Positions 16,555 to 25,751 of a DNA stretch of 32,000 nt are shown in pieces. The position numbers were made by a program, and so were the translations under genes. Source of the DNA: Vibrio cholerae ATCC 14035 (GTDB lineage Bacteria; Pseudomonadota; Gammaproteobacteria; Enterobacterales; Vibrionaceae); contig NZ_JHXR01000004.1 of assembly GCF_000621645.1 (NCBI RefSeq), forward strand, positions 90,001 to 122,000. Reading direction: 5' to 3'. Positions within the stretch are counted from its first letter, which is position 1; each line of letters starts with the position of its first letter. The notes beneath the pieces were generated by a model. That model had not been told where the DNA came from, did no database searches, and saw nothing but the letters and a program-made list of their open reading frames with translations.

Positions 16555-17649
16555 ATGAGTCTGATTCATCAATCTGTATCACGAGTTATGAAGCGAAGCG
16601 TGCTGCTTATTGCAGCGGGTGTTGCGCTGTTCACAACTTCCGCTTTTGCAGAAGAGAAAGTTTACCGTTTAACACTGGCTGAGACATGGGGACCTAACTT
16701 CCCAATCTTCGGCGACACCACAAAGAATATGGCGGCAATGGCGGAGAAAATGTCCAATGGCCGTTTACAAATTCGCATTGATTCTGCCAACAAACATAAA
16801 GCGCCACTGGGTGTGTTTGATATGGTGAAATCGGGCCAATACGACATGGGACACTCCGCGTCTTATTACTGGAAAGGCAAAGTTCCGAACACTTTGTATT
16901 TTACCTCTATGCCTTTTGGTATGACGACCGGCGAGCAATACGCATGGTTCTACCACGGTGGTGGTATGGAACTGATGGAGAAGGTTTACTCTCCACACAA
17001 TATGCTCTCATTCCCCGGTGGTAACACCGACGTGCAGATGGGCGGCTGGTTCCAAAAAGAGATCAACAGCGTTGAAGATCTGCAAGGGCTGAAAATGCGC
17101 ATTCCCGGTTTTGCCGGAGAAGTGTTAGCGGAGCTCGGTGCCAAACCCACCAACATTGCTCCGGGAGAGCTATACACTTCGCTCGAGCGTCGCACGATTG
17201 ATGCGCTAGAGTGGGTAGGGCCGTCACTTGATCTACGTATGGGTTTCCACAAGATTGCGCCTTATTACTACACCGGTTGGCATGAGCCAGCAACTGAGCT
17301 GCAATTCTTAGTCAACCAAAAGACGTGGGATAAATTGCCTGAAGATCTGCGTGAAATCTTACGTGTTGCGATGCGCACTGCGGCTTACGACATGTATGTT
17401 CAATCAGTTCATGAAAGTGGCAAAAACTGGGTTTCGATTACCCAAGAGTTCCCAGATGTGAAAGTGAAGACCTTCCCAGCGCCTGTGATTAAAGCCCTGC
17501 GTGAGGTTAACGACCGACTACTGGCGAAACACGCAGCAGAAGATCCACTGGCTAAAGAGATTCAAGAATCGCAAGCCAACTATCTAAAACAAACACGTAG
17601 TTGGACAGATATTTCACTGCGAGCCTACCTCAATAGCGAATCACAATGA
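16555..17649 (+). CDS. TRAP transporter substrate-binding subunit (DctP family)
   Basis: Track ORF starts at GTG 16444. I prefer ATG 16555 (AAGGA 9 nt upstream), giving the signal peptide ...MKRSVLLIAAGVALFTTSAFA/EE. Length and conserved regions are typical of DctP-type binding proteins. DctQ and DctM genes follow it. Confidence 0.85.
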   Translation: MSLIHQSVSRVMKRSVLLIAAGVALFTTSAFAEEKVYRLTLAETWGPNFPIFGDTTKNMAAMAEKMSNGRLQIRIDSANKHKAPLGVFDMVKSGQYDMGHSASYYWKGKVPNTLYFTSMPFGMTTGEQYAWFYHGGGMELMEKVYSPHNMLSFPGGNTDVQMGGWFQKEINSVEDLQGLKMRIPGFAGEVLAELGAKPTNIAPGELYTSLERRTIDALEWVGPSLDLRMGFHKIAPYYYTGWHEPATELQFLVNQKTWDKLPEDLREILRVAMRTAAYDMYVQSVHESGKNWVSITQEFPDVKVKTFPAPVIKALREVNDRLLAKHAAEDPLAKEIQESQANYLKQTRSWTDISLRAYLNSESQ

Positions 17650-17698
17650 TAAGCTGAACTGCGTGTGCAGGAAGCCCAAGAAAAGCACATAACGATAA

Positions 17699-17725
17699 GC
17701 TCCGTGCACATTCGTGACACGGAGC
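17699..17725 (+). other. Intercistronic stem-loop between dctP-like and dctQ-like genes
   Basis: GCTCCGTG-N11-CACGGAGC, an 8-bp perfect stem with no U-tract. Confidence 0.45.
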
Positions 17726-17750
17726 AATTTGATTAGACAGGGAGTGTGTA

Positions 17751-18284
17751 ATGAGAAGTCTGATTTATGTTGAGCGGTTATTTAACCGTCTTAGCGATCT
17801 ACTGGGGTGGCTCTCCAGTATTCTGTTTATTCTGTTGGTGGCCAACGTCGTGTATGACGTTGTGATGCGCTATGCCTTTAACGATGTTTCTATCGCCTTT
17901 CAAGAATTAGAGTGGCATCTGTTTGCCACGGTTTTTTTACTTGGTATTCCTTACGCCATTAAAGCGGGCGGCCATGTACGAGTCGATCTGTTCTATGAAC
18001 GTTTATCGATGAAAGCACAGGCGGTGATCGACATTCTTGGCACTCTGTTTTTCCTGTTGCCGTTTTGCTTGTTAGTGGTCTATTTCGGGATCGACTTTGC
18101 TAAAGAAAGCTACGCGCTGGGTGAAACGTCTGGTGACCCGGGTGGTTTGCCATATCGTTGGATTATCAAGGCGATGATCCCAGTCTCTTTCACTTTCATG
18201 GCGATAAGTGGCGTCGGCTTGATCATCCACTCGCTCAATAAAGTGTTTAACCCACGTCTGATGCACGCAGACCAAACCAAGTAA
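17751..18284 (+). CDS. TRAP transporter small permease (DctQ family)
   Basis: 177 aa with four hydrophobic spans. It sits between the binding protein and the large permease. GGGAG lies upstream of the ATG. Confidence 0.85.
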   Translation: MRSLIYVERLFNRLSDLLGWLSSILFILLVANVVYDVVMRYAFNDVSIAFQELEWHLFATVFLLGIPYAIKAGGHVRVDLFYERLSMKAQAVIDILGTLFFLLPFCLLVVYFGIDFAKESYALGETSGDPGGLPYRWIIKAMIPVSFTFMAISGVGLIIHSLNKVFNPRLMHADQTK

Positions 18285-18293
18285 GGGAAACGT

Positions 18294-19577
18294 ATGATTG
18301 GTATTGTGATGTTTTTCGTTGCCCTGTTTGCGCTATTACTGGGTTTCCCCGTCGCTTTTACTTTTGGTGGCATTGCGCTGATTTTTGGCGTGTGGGCTGA
18401 AGGCATAGAGATGTTTGCGTTCATGCCTTACCGCATTCAATCGATCATGGAAAACACCGTGTTAATGGCGGTGCCGCTGTTTGTGTTTATGGGTTTGGTG
18501 CTACAAAAAACCAAGCTGGCGGAGCAATTATTAGAGTCGATGGGGCGCTTATTTGGTGGCATTCACGGTGGTGTGGCGATTTCTACCGTATTGGTGGGCA
18601 CGTTACTCGCCGCTTCGACAGGGGTAGTGGGGGCATCGGTTGTGGCGATGGGACTAATCTCACTGCCTGTGATGCTCAAATACCGTTACGACAAAGGGTT
18701 GGCGTGTGGCACCATCTGTGCGTCGGGGACCCTTGGACAAATCATTCCGCCTTCTATCGTATTGATTCTATTGGGTGATGTGCTTGGGGTTCCGGTTGGC
18801 GATCTGTTCCAAGCCGCACTCTGGCCGGGCTTGATGCTGGTGGCGGCGTATATCATCTACATCCTGATTTACGCCAAGCTGAATCCGCAAGCGGCGATGC
18901 CTATTGAACCTGATGCCGATTTATCACGTCGTCAAGAAGTGGTGAAAGCACTGAAAGCGGTTATCCCGCCGTTGGCGCTGATTGTGGTGGTTCTGGGCTC
19001 GATTTTCGCTGGTGTGGCGACGCCCACAGAGTCCGCAGCACTTGGTGGTGCGGGCGCGATTTTACTGGCATTGGCGTATGGTCAATTCAGTTGGTCAATG
19101 GTCTATGATGCCTCTAAAGAAACCGTCAAAGTGACCGCCATGGTATTTGCTATTTTGCTCGGCGCGACCGCGTTCTCGATGGCGTTCACTTATACTGGTG
19201 GTGATGAGTTGGTCGAAGAATGGATGATGAATCTGCCCGGAGATAAATGGTGCTTCTTGATTGTCACTATGTTGGTGATCTTAATTCTGGGTTTCTTTAT
19301 CGACTTCGTAGAAATCTGTTTCATCATCGTACCGATTTTGGCTCCAGTCGCCGTGCTGATGGATGTGGATATGACGTGGTTTGCTATCTTAATTGCGATG
19401 AACTTGCAAACGTCGTTCTTAACTCCGCCGTTCGGCTTTAGTTTGTTCTATCTGAAAGGGGTTGCGCCAAAGTCGGTCACCACCATGGATATCTATCGCG
19501 GCGTGGTGCCCTTTATCCTGATCCAGATTTTGGTGTTGATTTCGTTGATGGTATTCCCAAGCTTTTATGGAATGTGA
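18294..19577 (+). CDS. TRAP transporter large permease (DctM family)
   Basis: 427 aa and highly hydrophobic, with about 12 spans. AAGGGA lies upstream, 9 nt after the dctQ stop. Confidence 0.9.
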   Translation: MIGIVMFFVALFALLLGFPVAFTFGGIALIFGVWAEGIEMFAFMPYRIQSIMENTVLMAVPLFVFMGLVLQKTKLAEQLLESMGRLFGGIHGGVAISTVLVGTLLAASTGVVGASVVAMGLISLPVMLKYRYDKGLACGTICASGTLGQIIPPSIVLILLGDVLGVPVGDLFQAALWPGLMLVAAYIIYILIYAKLNPQAAMPIEPDADLSRRQEVVKALKAVIPPLALIVVVLGSIFAGVATPTESAALGGAGAILLALAYGQFSWSMVYDASKETVKVTAMVFAILLGATAFSMAFTYTGGDELVEEWMMNLPGDKWCFLIVTMLVILILGFFIDFVEICFIIVPILAPVAVLMDVDMTWFAILIAMNLQTSFLTPPFGFSLFYLKGVAPKSVTTMDIYRGVVPFILIQILVLISLMVFPSFYGM

Positions 19578-19634
19578 TCCGACTCAAGAGTGAGCGTATC
19601 GAAATTCAATCCACATCAACAAGTTGTTAGAGTG

Positions 19635-19670
19635 AAACTGCTTTTCGAAGGGTCGGAAAGCAGTTTTTTT
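19635..19670 (+). terminator. Rho-independent terminator after the TRAP operon
   Basis: AAACTGCTTT-N12-AAAGCAGTTT, a 10-bp perfect stem running into a 7-T run. Confidence 0.85.
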
Positions 19671-19683
19671 ATGGGGAAATGGA

Positions 19684-21039
19684 ATGCCTCTCAAAGCCAA
19701 ATTGATTTTGCTGGCTTTACTGCCTCTCTTAATTGCCACAGCAAGCATCAGTTGGATTTCGATCCATCAGGCTAAAACCTTAGGCCAGCGTGAAATTGAG
19801 ATCTTCCGAGCTAAGCTGATGGAAGAGCGCGAAACCTCACTCAAAGACAGCGTCGAGGTGGCGTTTGATGCGGTGAGGTTGATTGCCAGTAATCCCAACT
19901 TAAGTGAAGCGGAAGCCAAACAGCAGGTCAAAGCGGTATTAACCAATATTCGTTATGGCTCTGATGGCTACTTTTTCGCTTATGATGCTCAGGGCACGAA
20001 CTTGGTGCATCCGATCCAGCCTGAGCTGGTAGGGCAAAACTTATGGCAGTTGCAAGATGAACGCGGTGACTTTCTCATCCAAGCGCTACTTTTCCAAGCC
20101 CAATCGGGTGGTGGGTATCACCAATATTTGTGGCGCAAACCCTCAAGTGGAGAAACTGTCCCTAAACTCAGCTATTCGGCTTGGCTTGACGACTGGGAAT
20201 GGATGATCGGCACCGGCTTGTACATTGAAGATCTCAGTCATGAAGTCGAGAAGATGCAAGCGGCAGTGAACGCAAATATTGATACCACCTTCTTTTCTGT
20301 TGTGGTGATTTTGATAGTCACTGTAGCGGTGATCATTGTGTTGACCTTAGCCATCAACCTGCATGAACACCGTTTGGCGGATAAGAATCTCAAAGATTTG
20401 GTACACAAAACCGTGTTGTTTCAGGAAGATGAAAAGAAGCATCTCGCCCGCGAACTGCATGACGGAATTAATCAGTTATTGGTGTCTAGCAAGTGTCATC
20501 TTGAGTTACTGGCCAACCAACTGAACGACCCTAAACAGATCGTGCATCTGGAAAAATCCCAGCACTCGTTGATAACTGCAATTAATGAAGTTCGGCGAAT
20601 TTCACACCATTTGCGCCCCAGTGCGCTGGATGATCTCGGTTTACAAGCGGCACTCACGACGCTGCTCGAGGATTTCAAACTGCATTCACAAATGGAGATC
20701 GAGATGTTGTTTGACACCCAACCCGGCAAGCTAAAATCGGAAGTGGCCACCACGTTGTATCGAGTGGTGCAAGAGTCACTCAATAATATTGAAAAACACG
20801 CCAAAGCCGAGAAAGTCACGGTGTTACTGCAGCAAATGGGTGATATGTTGCAGCTTATGGTGCGTGATGATGGGGTAGGATTTTCCAGCAAAGAAGCGCT
20901 GCAAAAACGCGGGATTGGTTTACGTAACATGCGCGAACGTGTGGAGTTTATTGGTGGGGAATTTGAATTAAGCAGCGAGCCACAATTGGGCACCGAAATT
21001 ACGGTTTTACTGAAGTTGGATGGAAGTGTTTATGGATAA
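19684..21039 (+). CDS. Sensor histidine kinase: periplasmic single-Cache-like domain, HisKA_3 (NarX/DegS-type) and HATPase
   Basis: TM1 is LILLALLPLLIATASISWISI. The periplasmic domain of about 170 aa carries the Cache-like motif YGSDGYFFAYDAQGTNLVHP. TM2 is FFSVVVILIVTVAVIIVLTLAI. The H-box is ARELHDGINQLL. The ATPase has an N-box (ESLNNIEKHA) and G-boxes (DDGVGF, GIGLRNM). Confidence 0.88.
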   Translation: MPLKAKLILLALLPLLIATASISWISIHQAKTLGQREIEIFRAKLMEERETSLKDSVEVAFDAVRLIASNPNLSEAEAKQQVKAVLTNIRYGSDGYFFAYDAQGTNLVHPIQPELVGQNLWQLQDERGDFLIQALLFQAQSGGGYHQYLWRKPSSGETVPKLSYSAWLDDWEWMIGTGLYIEDLSHEVEKMQAAVNANIDTTFFSVVVILIVTVAVIIVLTLAINLHEHRLADKNLKDLVHKTVLFQEDEKKHLARELHDGINQLLVSSKCHLELLANQLNDPKQIVHLEKSQHSLITAINEVRRISHHLRPSALDDLGLQAALTTLLEDFKLHSQMEIEMLFDTQPGKLKSEVATTLYRVVQESLNNIEKHAKAEKVTVLLQQMGDMLQLMVRDDGVGFSSKEALQKRGIGLRNMRERVEFIGGEFELSSEPQLGTEITVLLKLDGSVYG

Positions 21040-21670
21040 ACCAATCAGAGTGGTGATGGTGGATGATCATCAGGTGGTGTTGGATGGTTTTATTGCGCGT
21101 TTAGAGCAAGAGCCGGAAATCGAGGTCGTCGCCACCGCGAGTAATGGATTGGAAGCTTTAGAATTGGTCAAACTTCACCAACCGGATGTGGTGCTGATGG
21201 ATGTGAGTATGCCGATCATGAACGGTATTGAAGCCACCCGCTTGATCAAAGAAGAAGTTCCTCACACCAAAGTATTGATGCTGACCATGCATGATAACCG
21301 CGAGTACATTATGCAAGTGATGCAAGCCGGCGCAATGGGCTACATGCTCAAAGAAATCTCAGCACTGAAAATGGTGCAAGCGATCAAAACGGTTCATCAA
21401 GGCGCGACGTACTTCTGCGAATCCACCACCTCGACACTGTTTAGCCAAGAGATTTTACCTGTGGCGAATAAGCCAAACCCGCTGAGCCGCCGTGAAGAGG
21501 CAATTTTACGTATGGTTGCACAAGGTTGCAGCAGTAAAAAAATCGCGACCTTGCTGAATATCAGCTATCGCACGGTCGAAACCCATAGGCAAAATATTAA
21601 GCATAAGCTCGACATCCACTCCACGGCAGAGTTGGCTCAATACGCGCTACAACATGGTTTACTGGAATGA
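21032..21670 (+). CDS. Response regulator, NarL/FixJ (LuxR-type HTH) family
   Basis: Receiver domain (VVMVDDH ... VVLMDVSMP ... KVLMLT). C-terminal LuxR HTH (LSRREEAILRMVAQGCSSKKIATLLNISYRTVETHRQNI). The start is ATG 21032 or 21020, and either overlaps the kinase stop (21037-21039). Confidence 0.88.
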   Translation: MDKPIRVVMVDDHQVVLDGFIARLEQEPEIEVVATASNGLEALELVKLHQPDVVLMDVSMPIMNGIEATRLIKEEVPHTKVLMLTMHDNREYIMQVMQAGAMGYMLKEISALKMVQAIKTVHQGATYFCESTTSTLFSQEILPVANKPNPLSRREEAILRMVAQGCSSKKIATLLNISYRTVETHRQNIKHKLDIHSTAELAQYALQHGLLE

Positions 21671-21671
21671 A

Positions 21672-22151
21672 CTATTCTGGCTGCGTGATGCTACCAATCG
21701 TCAGCATCGGCGCGGCATCCATATCTTGCGCGTTCATCATGGCAGAGATGCGTTGTACAGAAGAGAGCAGTAAGCTCTGTTCCCAATCTTGTAATTGATG
21801 GAATTGCTCAACAAAGCTCTCTTGTAAAGGCTGTGGTGCTTGTGCGAGCAGCTTACGCCCCTCATCGGTTAAGTGTGCATGAACTTTGCGTTTATCACTG
21901 TTACTGCGCACGCGCTGTACATAGCCGTTACGCTCCAATCGATCCAAAATCGTGGTAGCCGTGCCTTGGCTCATATTGGTATGCACCGCGAGCTCACGGA
22001 TGGTGACCTGTTCACCTAAGTCATGAATTGAACGCATCAAAATCAATTGGGGGCCGGTGAGCCCTGCGTCCTTATTAAGTTTTTTGGAGTGTAGGTCAAT
22101 GGCGCGGATGATCTGGCGCAGTGCGACTAATACTTCTTCGTGTTTTTCCAC
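21672..22151 (-). CDS. cosR: MarR-family regulator, EctR/CosR type (compatible-solute regulator)
   Basis: 159 aa with a GTG start. MarR wHTH (VTIRELAVHTNMSQGTATTILDRLERNGYVQRVRSNSDKRKV). It is divergent from a BCCT transporter. The pairing matches my recollection of V. cholerae CosR/OpuD. Confidence 0.8.
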   Translation of the reverse strand: MEKHEEVLVALRQIIRAIDLHSKKLNKDAGLTGPQLILMRSIHDLGEQVTIRELAVHTNMSQGTATTILDRLERNGYVQRVRSNSDKRKVHAHLTDEGRKLLAQAPQPLQESFVEQFHQLQDWEQSLLLSSVQRISAMMNAQDMDAAPMLTIGSITQPE

Positions 22152-22326
22152 AGAGGGTTCACCCAGTTTGTGCTGAATCTGTCGCGAACCATACCTTACT
22201 TACCTTGATTTTTAAAGTGTTGAGCTAAGAGTAATCCATAGCTTTATTGCGATATTTTTTGAATTTTGCATTCCAGATAAATGCTTTGAATAGAAATTAA
22301 ATTTCGGTGGTTTCTGATATGGTTTT

Positions 22327-22354
22327 TTGACATGAACAAAGGGTTTTCTATCTT
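22327..22354 (+). promoter_or_regulatory. Candidate sigma-70 promoter for opuD
   Basis: Perfect TTGACA (22327-22332), a 16-nt spacer, then TATCTT (22349-22354). This would give a leader of about 165 nt. Confidence 0.4.
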
Positions 22355-22525
22355 TAACTGACTTAAATGGCCTGAAAACTGGATCTTTTCTGTGATCTAT
22401 GTAAAATAATCGTGCTTTTAATGAATGGAATTAACAATGAGTACAAAGCAATTTGTGATTAAAAAACCGAAAATGCTTTGTTGTCATTGTTGTTGAGCTC
22501 GATTTAAATGACTCAGAGAGGATAC

Positions 22526-24130
22526 ATGACAAAAGAAATTGATAAGTACAGTATCGATAATACGGACTACACCGTAGGCCAAGATAATGTGCAGAAATGG
22601 GGGTTTGATGTGCACAATCCCGTGTTTGGGATCAGTGCAGGTTTGATCGCTGCATTTTTACTACTGACCGTACTCGTGGATGCCCACCAAGCTAAGATTG
22701 GGCTTGATACCGTAAAGCAGAGCATTATTGCGAGCTTCGACTGGTTGTTTATCTGGTCGGGTAACTTATTCCTACTGTTTTGTGTCGGATTGGTCATTTC
22801 ACCGTTTGGTAAAATTCGGTTAGGTGGACAGGCCGCGAAAGCGGATCACTCTTTTCTATCTTGGTTAGCGATGTTGTTTGCTGCAGGGATGGGGATTGGT
22901 TTGATGTTCTGGAGTGTCGCAGAACCCGTGGCCTATTATACGGGGTGGTATGAAACACCACTGGGTGTAGAAGCCAACACTCCTCAAGCTGCGCAACTGG
23001 CGATGGGAGCAACCATGTTCCACTGGGGACTTCACCCGTGGGCCATTTATGGTGTTGTTGCTCTATCATTGGCTTTTTTCTGCTACAACAAAGGTTTACC
23101 ACTTTCAATGCGCTCGGTTTTTTATCCGTTACTGGGTGATCGCGCTTGGGGTTGGGCAGGGCATGTGGTCGATATTCTTGCGGTATTAGCCACGCTGTTT
23201 GGTCTGGCAACGTCTCTCGGTCTTGGGGCGCAGCAAGCGGCTTCAGGTATCCACCATGTATTTGGTTTTGAATCGGGCATCGGGCTACAAATTGCTGTGA
23301 TCTGTGTGGTGACAGGTTTAGCCACATTGTCTGTGGTTCGAGGTATTGATGGCGGGGTGAAAGTCATCTCTAACATCAATATGATTGTCGCGTTTTTATT
23401 GCTCGCACTGGTGGCTGTGATTGGTTATAGCGTCACATTGACTTCGATTCCGACGACTTTAATGGCTTACCTACAAAACCTAATCCCGCTGAGTAATCCT
23501 CATGGTCGTGAAGATGAAGTGTGGTTCCAAGGTTGGACAGTCTTCTACTGGGCATGGTGGATTTCATGGTCGCCGTTCGTTGGCATGTTCATCGCACGTG
23601 TTTCTAAAGGACGTACCATTCGTGAATTCATTGTGGCGGTATTATTGATCCCAACGTTAGTGACACTGGTGTGGATGTCGGTATTTGGTGGTCTGGCCGT
23701 GGATCAAGTGATTAATGAAATCGGCGTGTTAGGTCAAAATGGCTTAACCGATGTTTCGCTAGCCATGTTCCAGATGTTTGATTCGCTGGTTTTCGGTAAG
23801 GTGCTATCTGTGATTGCCGTGGTGTTGGTTTTGGTGTTTTTTATCACGTCGTCAGATTCGGGTTCACTGGTCATTGACAGTATTACCTCAGGTGGCAAAT
23901 TAGATTCACCAGTATTGCAGCGTGTATTTTGGGCAGTACTCGAAGGCGCAGTCGCGGTTGCACTGCTATGGATTGGAGGCACGGAGGCGGTACAAGCGCT
24001 GCAAGCGGGCGTTATCTCTACAGCCTTGCCATTTACGGTGATCTTGCTACTGATGTGCGTCAGCTTATGGAAAGGGTTAAAAACCGAACCTGAGTTCATG
24101 GCTTCCAGCAAGCGTCTCCACCAATCTTAA
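22526..24130 (+). CDS. opuD: BCCT-family betaine/choline/ectoine-type transporter
   Basis: Track start is 22508. I prefer ATG 22526 (AGAGAGGA upstream). BCCT signature segment WTVFYWAWWISWSPFVGMFIARVSKGRTIREF, with about 12 TM spans. Confidence 0.87.
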   Translation: MTKEIDKYSIDNTDYTVGQDNVQKWGFDVHNPVFGISAGLIAAFLLLTVLVDAHQAKIGLDTVKQSIIASFDWLFIWSGNLFLLFCVGLVISPFGKIRLGGQAAKADHSFLSWLAMLFAAGMGIGLMFWSVAEPVAYYTGWYETPLGVEANTPQAAQLAMGATMFHWGLHPWAIYGVVALSLAFFCYNKGLPLSMRSVFYPLLGDRAWGWAGHVVDILAVLATLFGLATSLGLGAQQAASGIHHVFGFESGIGLQIAVICVVTGLATLSVVRGIDGGVKVISNINMIVAFLLLALVAVIGYSVTLTSIPTTLMAYLQNLIPLSNPHGREDEVWFQGWTVFYWAWWISWSPFVGMFIARVSKGRTIREFIVAVLLIPTLVTLVWMSVFGGLAVDQVINEIGVLGQNGLTDVSLAMFQMFDSLVFGKVLSVIAVVLVLVFFITSSDSGSLVIDSITSGGKLDSPVLQRVFWAVLEGAVAVALLWIGGTEAVQALQAGVISTALPFTVILLLMCVSLWKGLKTEPEFMASSKRLHQS

Positions 24131-24202
24131 TACGCGGTATGCGTTGTCAAAAGGGCGGCGCAAACTAAAATCCGCATCAATCATTTCCTAGCCAAAATGT
24201 TC

Positions 24203-24230
24203 AAAAAAAAGCGCGGAGAGCTCTCCGCGC
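24203..24230 (-). terminator. Terminator for the deacetylase gene (GC palindrome, U-run on the minus strand)
   Basis: GCGCGGAGAG/CTCTCCGCGC is a perfect 20-nt palindrome at 24211-24230. An A8 run precedes it on the + strand, which reads as T8 after the stem on the - strand. Confidence 0.8.
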
Positions 24231-24295
24231 AAACTATCTGACGATAGAGATACCATCCCTACTTGAATCTGTAGGTTGACTATAGGAGCAGCTTT

Positions 24296-25591
24296 TTATA
24301 AAGCTGTGAATAAGGTGTTCTGAGTGTCTGGTGTCCAGTCTTGTTGTGAAACATGTGGGACACTGACTAAATAACGTTTACCTTTGTAATTGACGATGTC
24401 GCCTTGCTCATAGGAGACATTGAGTGTCCAGTTTGTCGCAGGATCGGCGTTGGTCCAAAGGCTTGACGTGGATGATGGAGCCCAATCCTGTTGCGCAGTG
24501 TGACTAATGACCGCTTTATACACCACACCTTGGTACAGAATATATTCTCCCGCTTGATACGTTTTACCTTCGCTCCAACGAGGAGTGTAATTATCCATCG
24601 TATCGAAAACATAACCTGCTTCTTTGGCAATCCGGATAAACTCGGCAAGTTTAGGTAAGTTTTGTGTCGCTCCCATACCGCGTTTGCCATCTTCAAATAA
24701 GAAATCATGGGTGAGCACAATCACTTTATCGGCGTGCAGTGGGGTGCCACAAGGGAACTCTTGTGTTTTCGAGTTAATTGGTTCGATAGTGGTTGGTGAG
24801 CAACTATTTAAGGCTTTATCCACATAGGCCAAAAAGGGAACGGCTTCGGTTAAGCTGTTGGCAGGCATAGGAATACCCCAGTTTTCGGGGGCCCAATCCA
24901 CATCCCATCCGTGAGTTTGATAGCCTTGATTAGCAAGAATATTCTGTACTTGAATCGAGGCTTTCACACTGTTTGATGGGTTAGCTGGATCGCACACATA
25001 ACCCGGCTCCCAAGGTTTTAAATTGTCGGATGTCGCGCATAAACCATCAGCTTGGAAGTGCTTTGTGACACGCCAACCGTTGGTATAGGGTAGGCGAGCC
25101 AACTCATATCCCTTGTAGTTTGGATAGCTACGAATAGTAGGCAGGTATTTTTCTAATGTGATCAAGTTTTGTTCAAAACTGGCCGCATCACGAACGGGAT
25201 CTTGATACGAGTGGATTTGATGGTTACCGGTTGCATTACAATCTGCGCCACTGGTGGGGCCAAACTCTTCCACACAGTTATGAATCATATGATCGTAGCT
25301 GTGGTTGCCGACAATATGGCCTGAATCTAGAGCTAACTTTAGAGCCTCTAGAGCACGATCTTCATTTTCATCACCGATACCATCCAAGTGCCAAGCGTTA
25401 AAATAAAAAGTGGCTTTTACCCCGCCTTGGTTTAGAACCTTAATGACTTCTACTGACGCATTGATCGGGCCATCATCAAAAGTTAAATAAATCGTGCCCT
25501 TAGGGGTACTGTTTGCAAAAGAATGACCGGAAATGGCTAACGATATCGCGGTAAATAGAGCCAAGTTTTTTAATTTCATCTTAGTATCCAT
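24296..25591 (-). CDS. cod: Secreted chitin oligosaccharide deacetylase (CE4 NodB domain plus two C-terminal chitin-binding repeats)
   Basis: Signal peptide MKLKNLALFTAISLAISGHSFA. NodB motif LTFDDGP, plus HSYDH. Two tandem Trp/Tyr-rich repeats lie at the C-terminus (WSEGKTYQAGEYILYQGVVYKAVISHTAQQDWAP and WTLNVSYEQGDIVNYKGKRYLVSVPHVSQQDWTP). ATG 25579 is an alternative start. Confidence 0.9.
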   Translation of the reverse strand: MDTKMKLKNLALFTAISLAISGHSFANSTPKGTIYLTFDDGPINASVEVIKVLNQGGVKATFYFNAWHLDGIGDENEDRALEALKLALDSGHIVGNHSYDHMIHNCVEEFGPTSGADCNATGNHQIHSYQDPVRDAASFEQNLITLEKYLPTIRSYPNYKGYELARLPYTNGWRVTKHFQADGLCATSDNLKPWEPGYVCDPANPSNSVKASIQVQNILANQGYQTHGWDVDWAPENWGIPMPANSLTEAVPFLAYVDKALNSCSPTTIEPINSKTQEFPCGTPLHADKVIVLTHDFLFEDGKRGMGATQNLPKLAEFIRIAKEAGYVFDTMDNYTPRWSEGKTYQAGEYILYQGVVYKAVISHTAQQDWAPSSTSSLWTNADPATNWTLNVSYEQGDIVNYKGKRYLVSVPHVSQQDWTPDTQNTLFTAL

Positions 25592-25751
25592 TATTTTAAA
25601 TCAGAAATTTAAGAGTGACGTTGCTAGTGTTTATATTGATAGAAATAACAAGTCCATCAGGTAGGCTTATATATTTCTTCTCATTATCCTATCTAGAAGT
25701 GTATCGATAAAAATAGCGCTAACTATCCGAAATGGGATTTTGTTCACGAAT

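Noticed and set aside
19590-19775. A 61-aa + strand ORF spanning the TRAP terminator and the kinase start.
   Set aside because: It reads straight through a strong terminator hairpin and overlaps the kinase gene out of frame.
20496-20993. A 165-aa minus-strand ORF inside the histidine kinase gene. Similar antisense ORFs lie in opuD (22794..23327, 23734..24111) and chbF (27969..28427).
   Set aside because: These are Ser/Cys/Pro-rich shadow frames opposite genes with clear catalytic or transport motifs.
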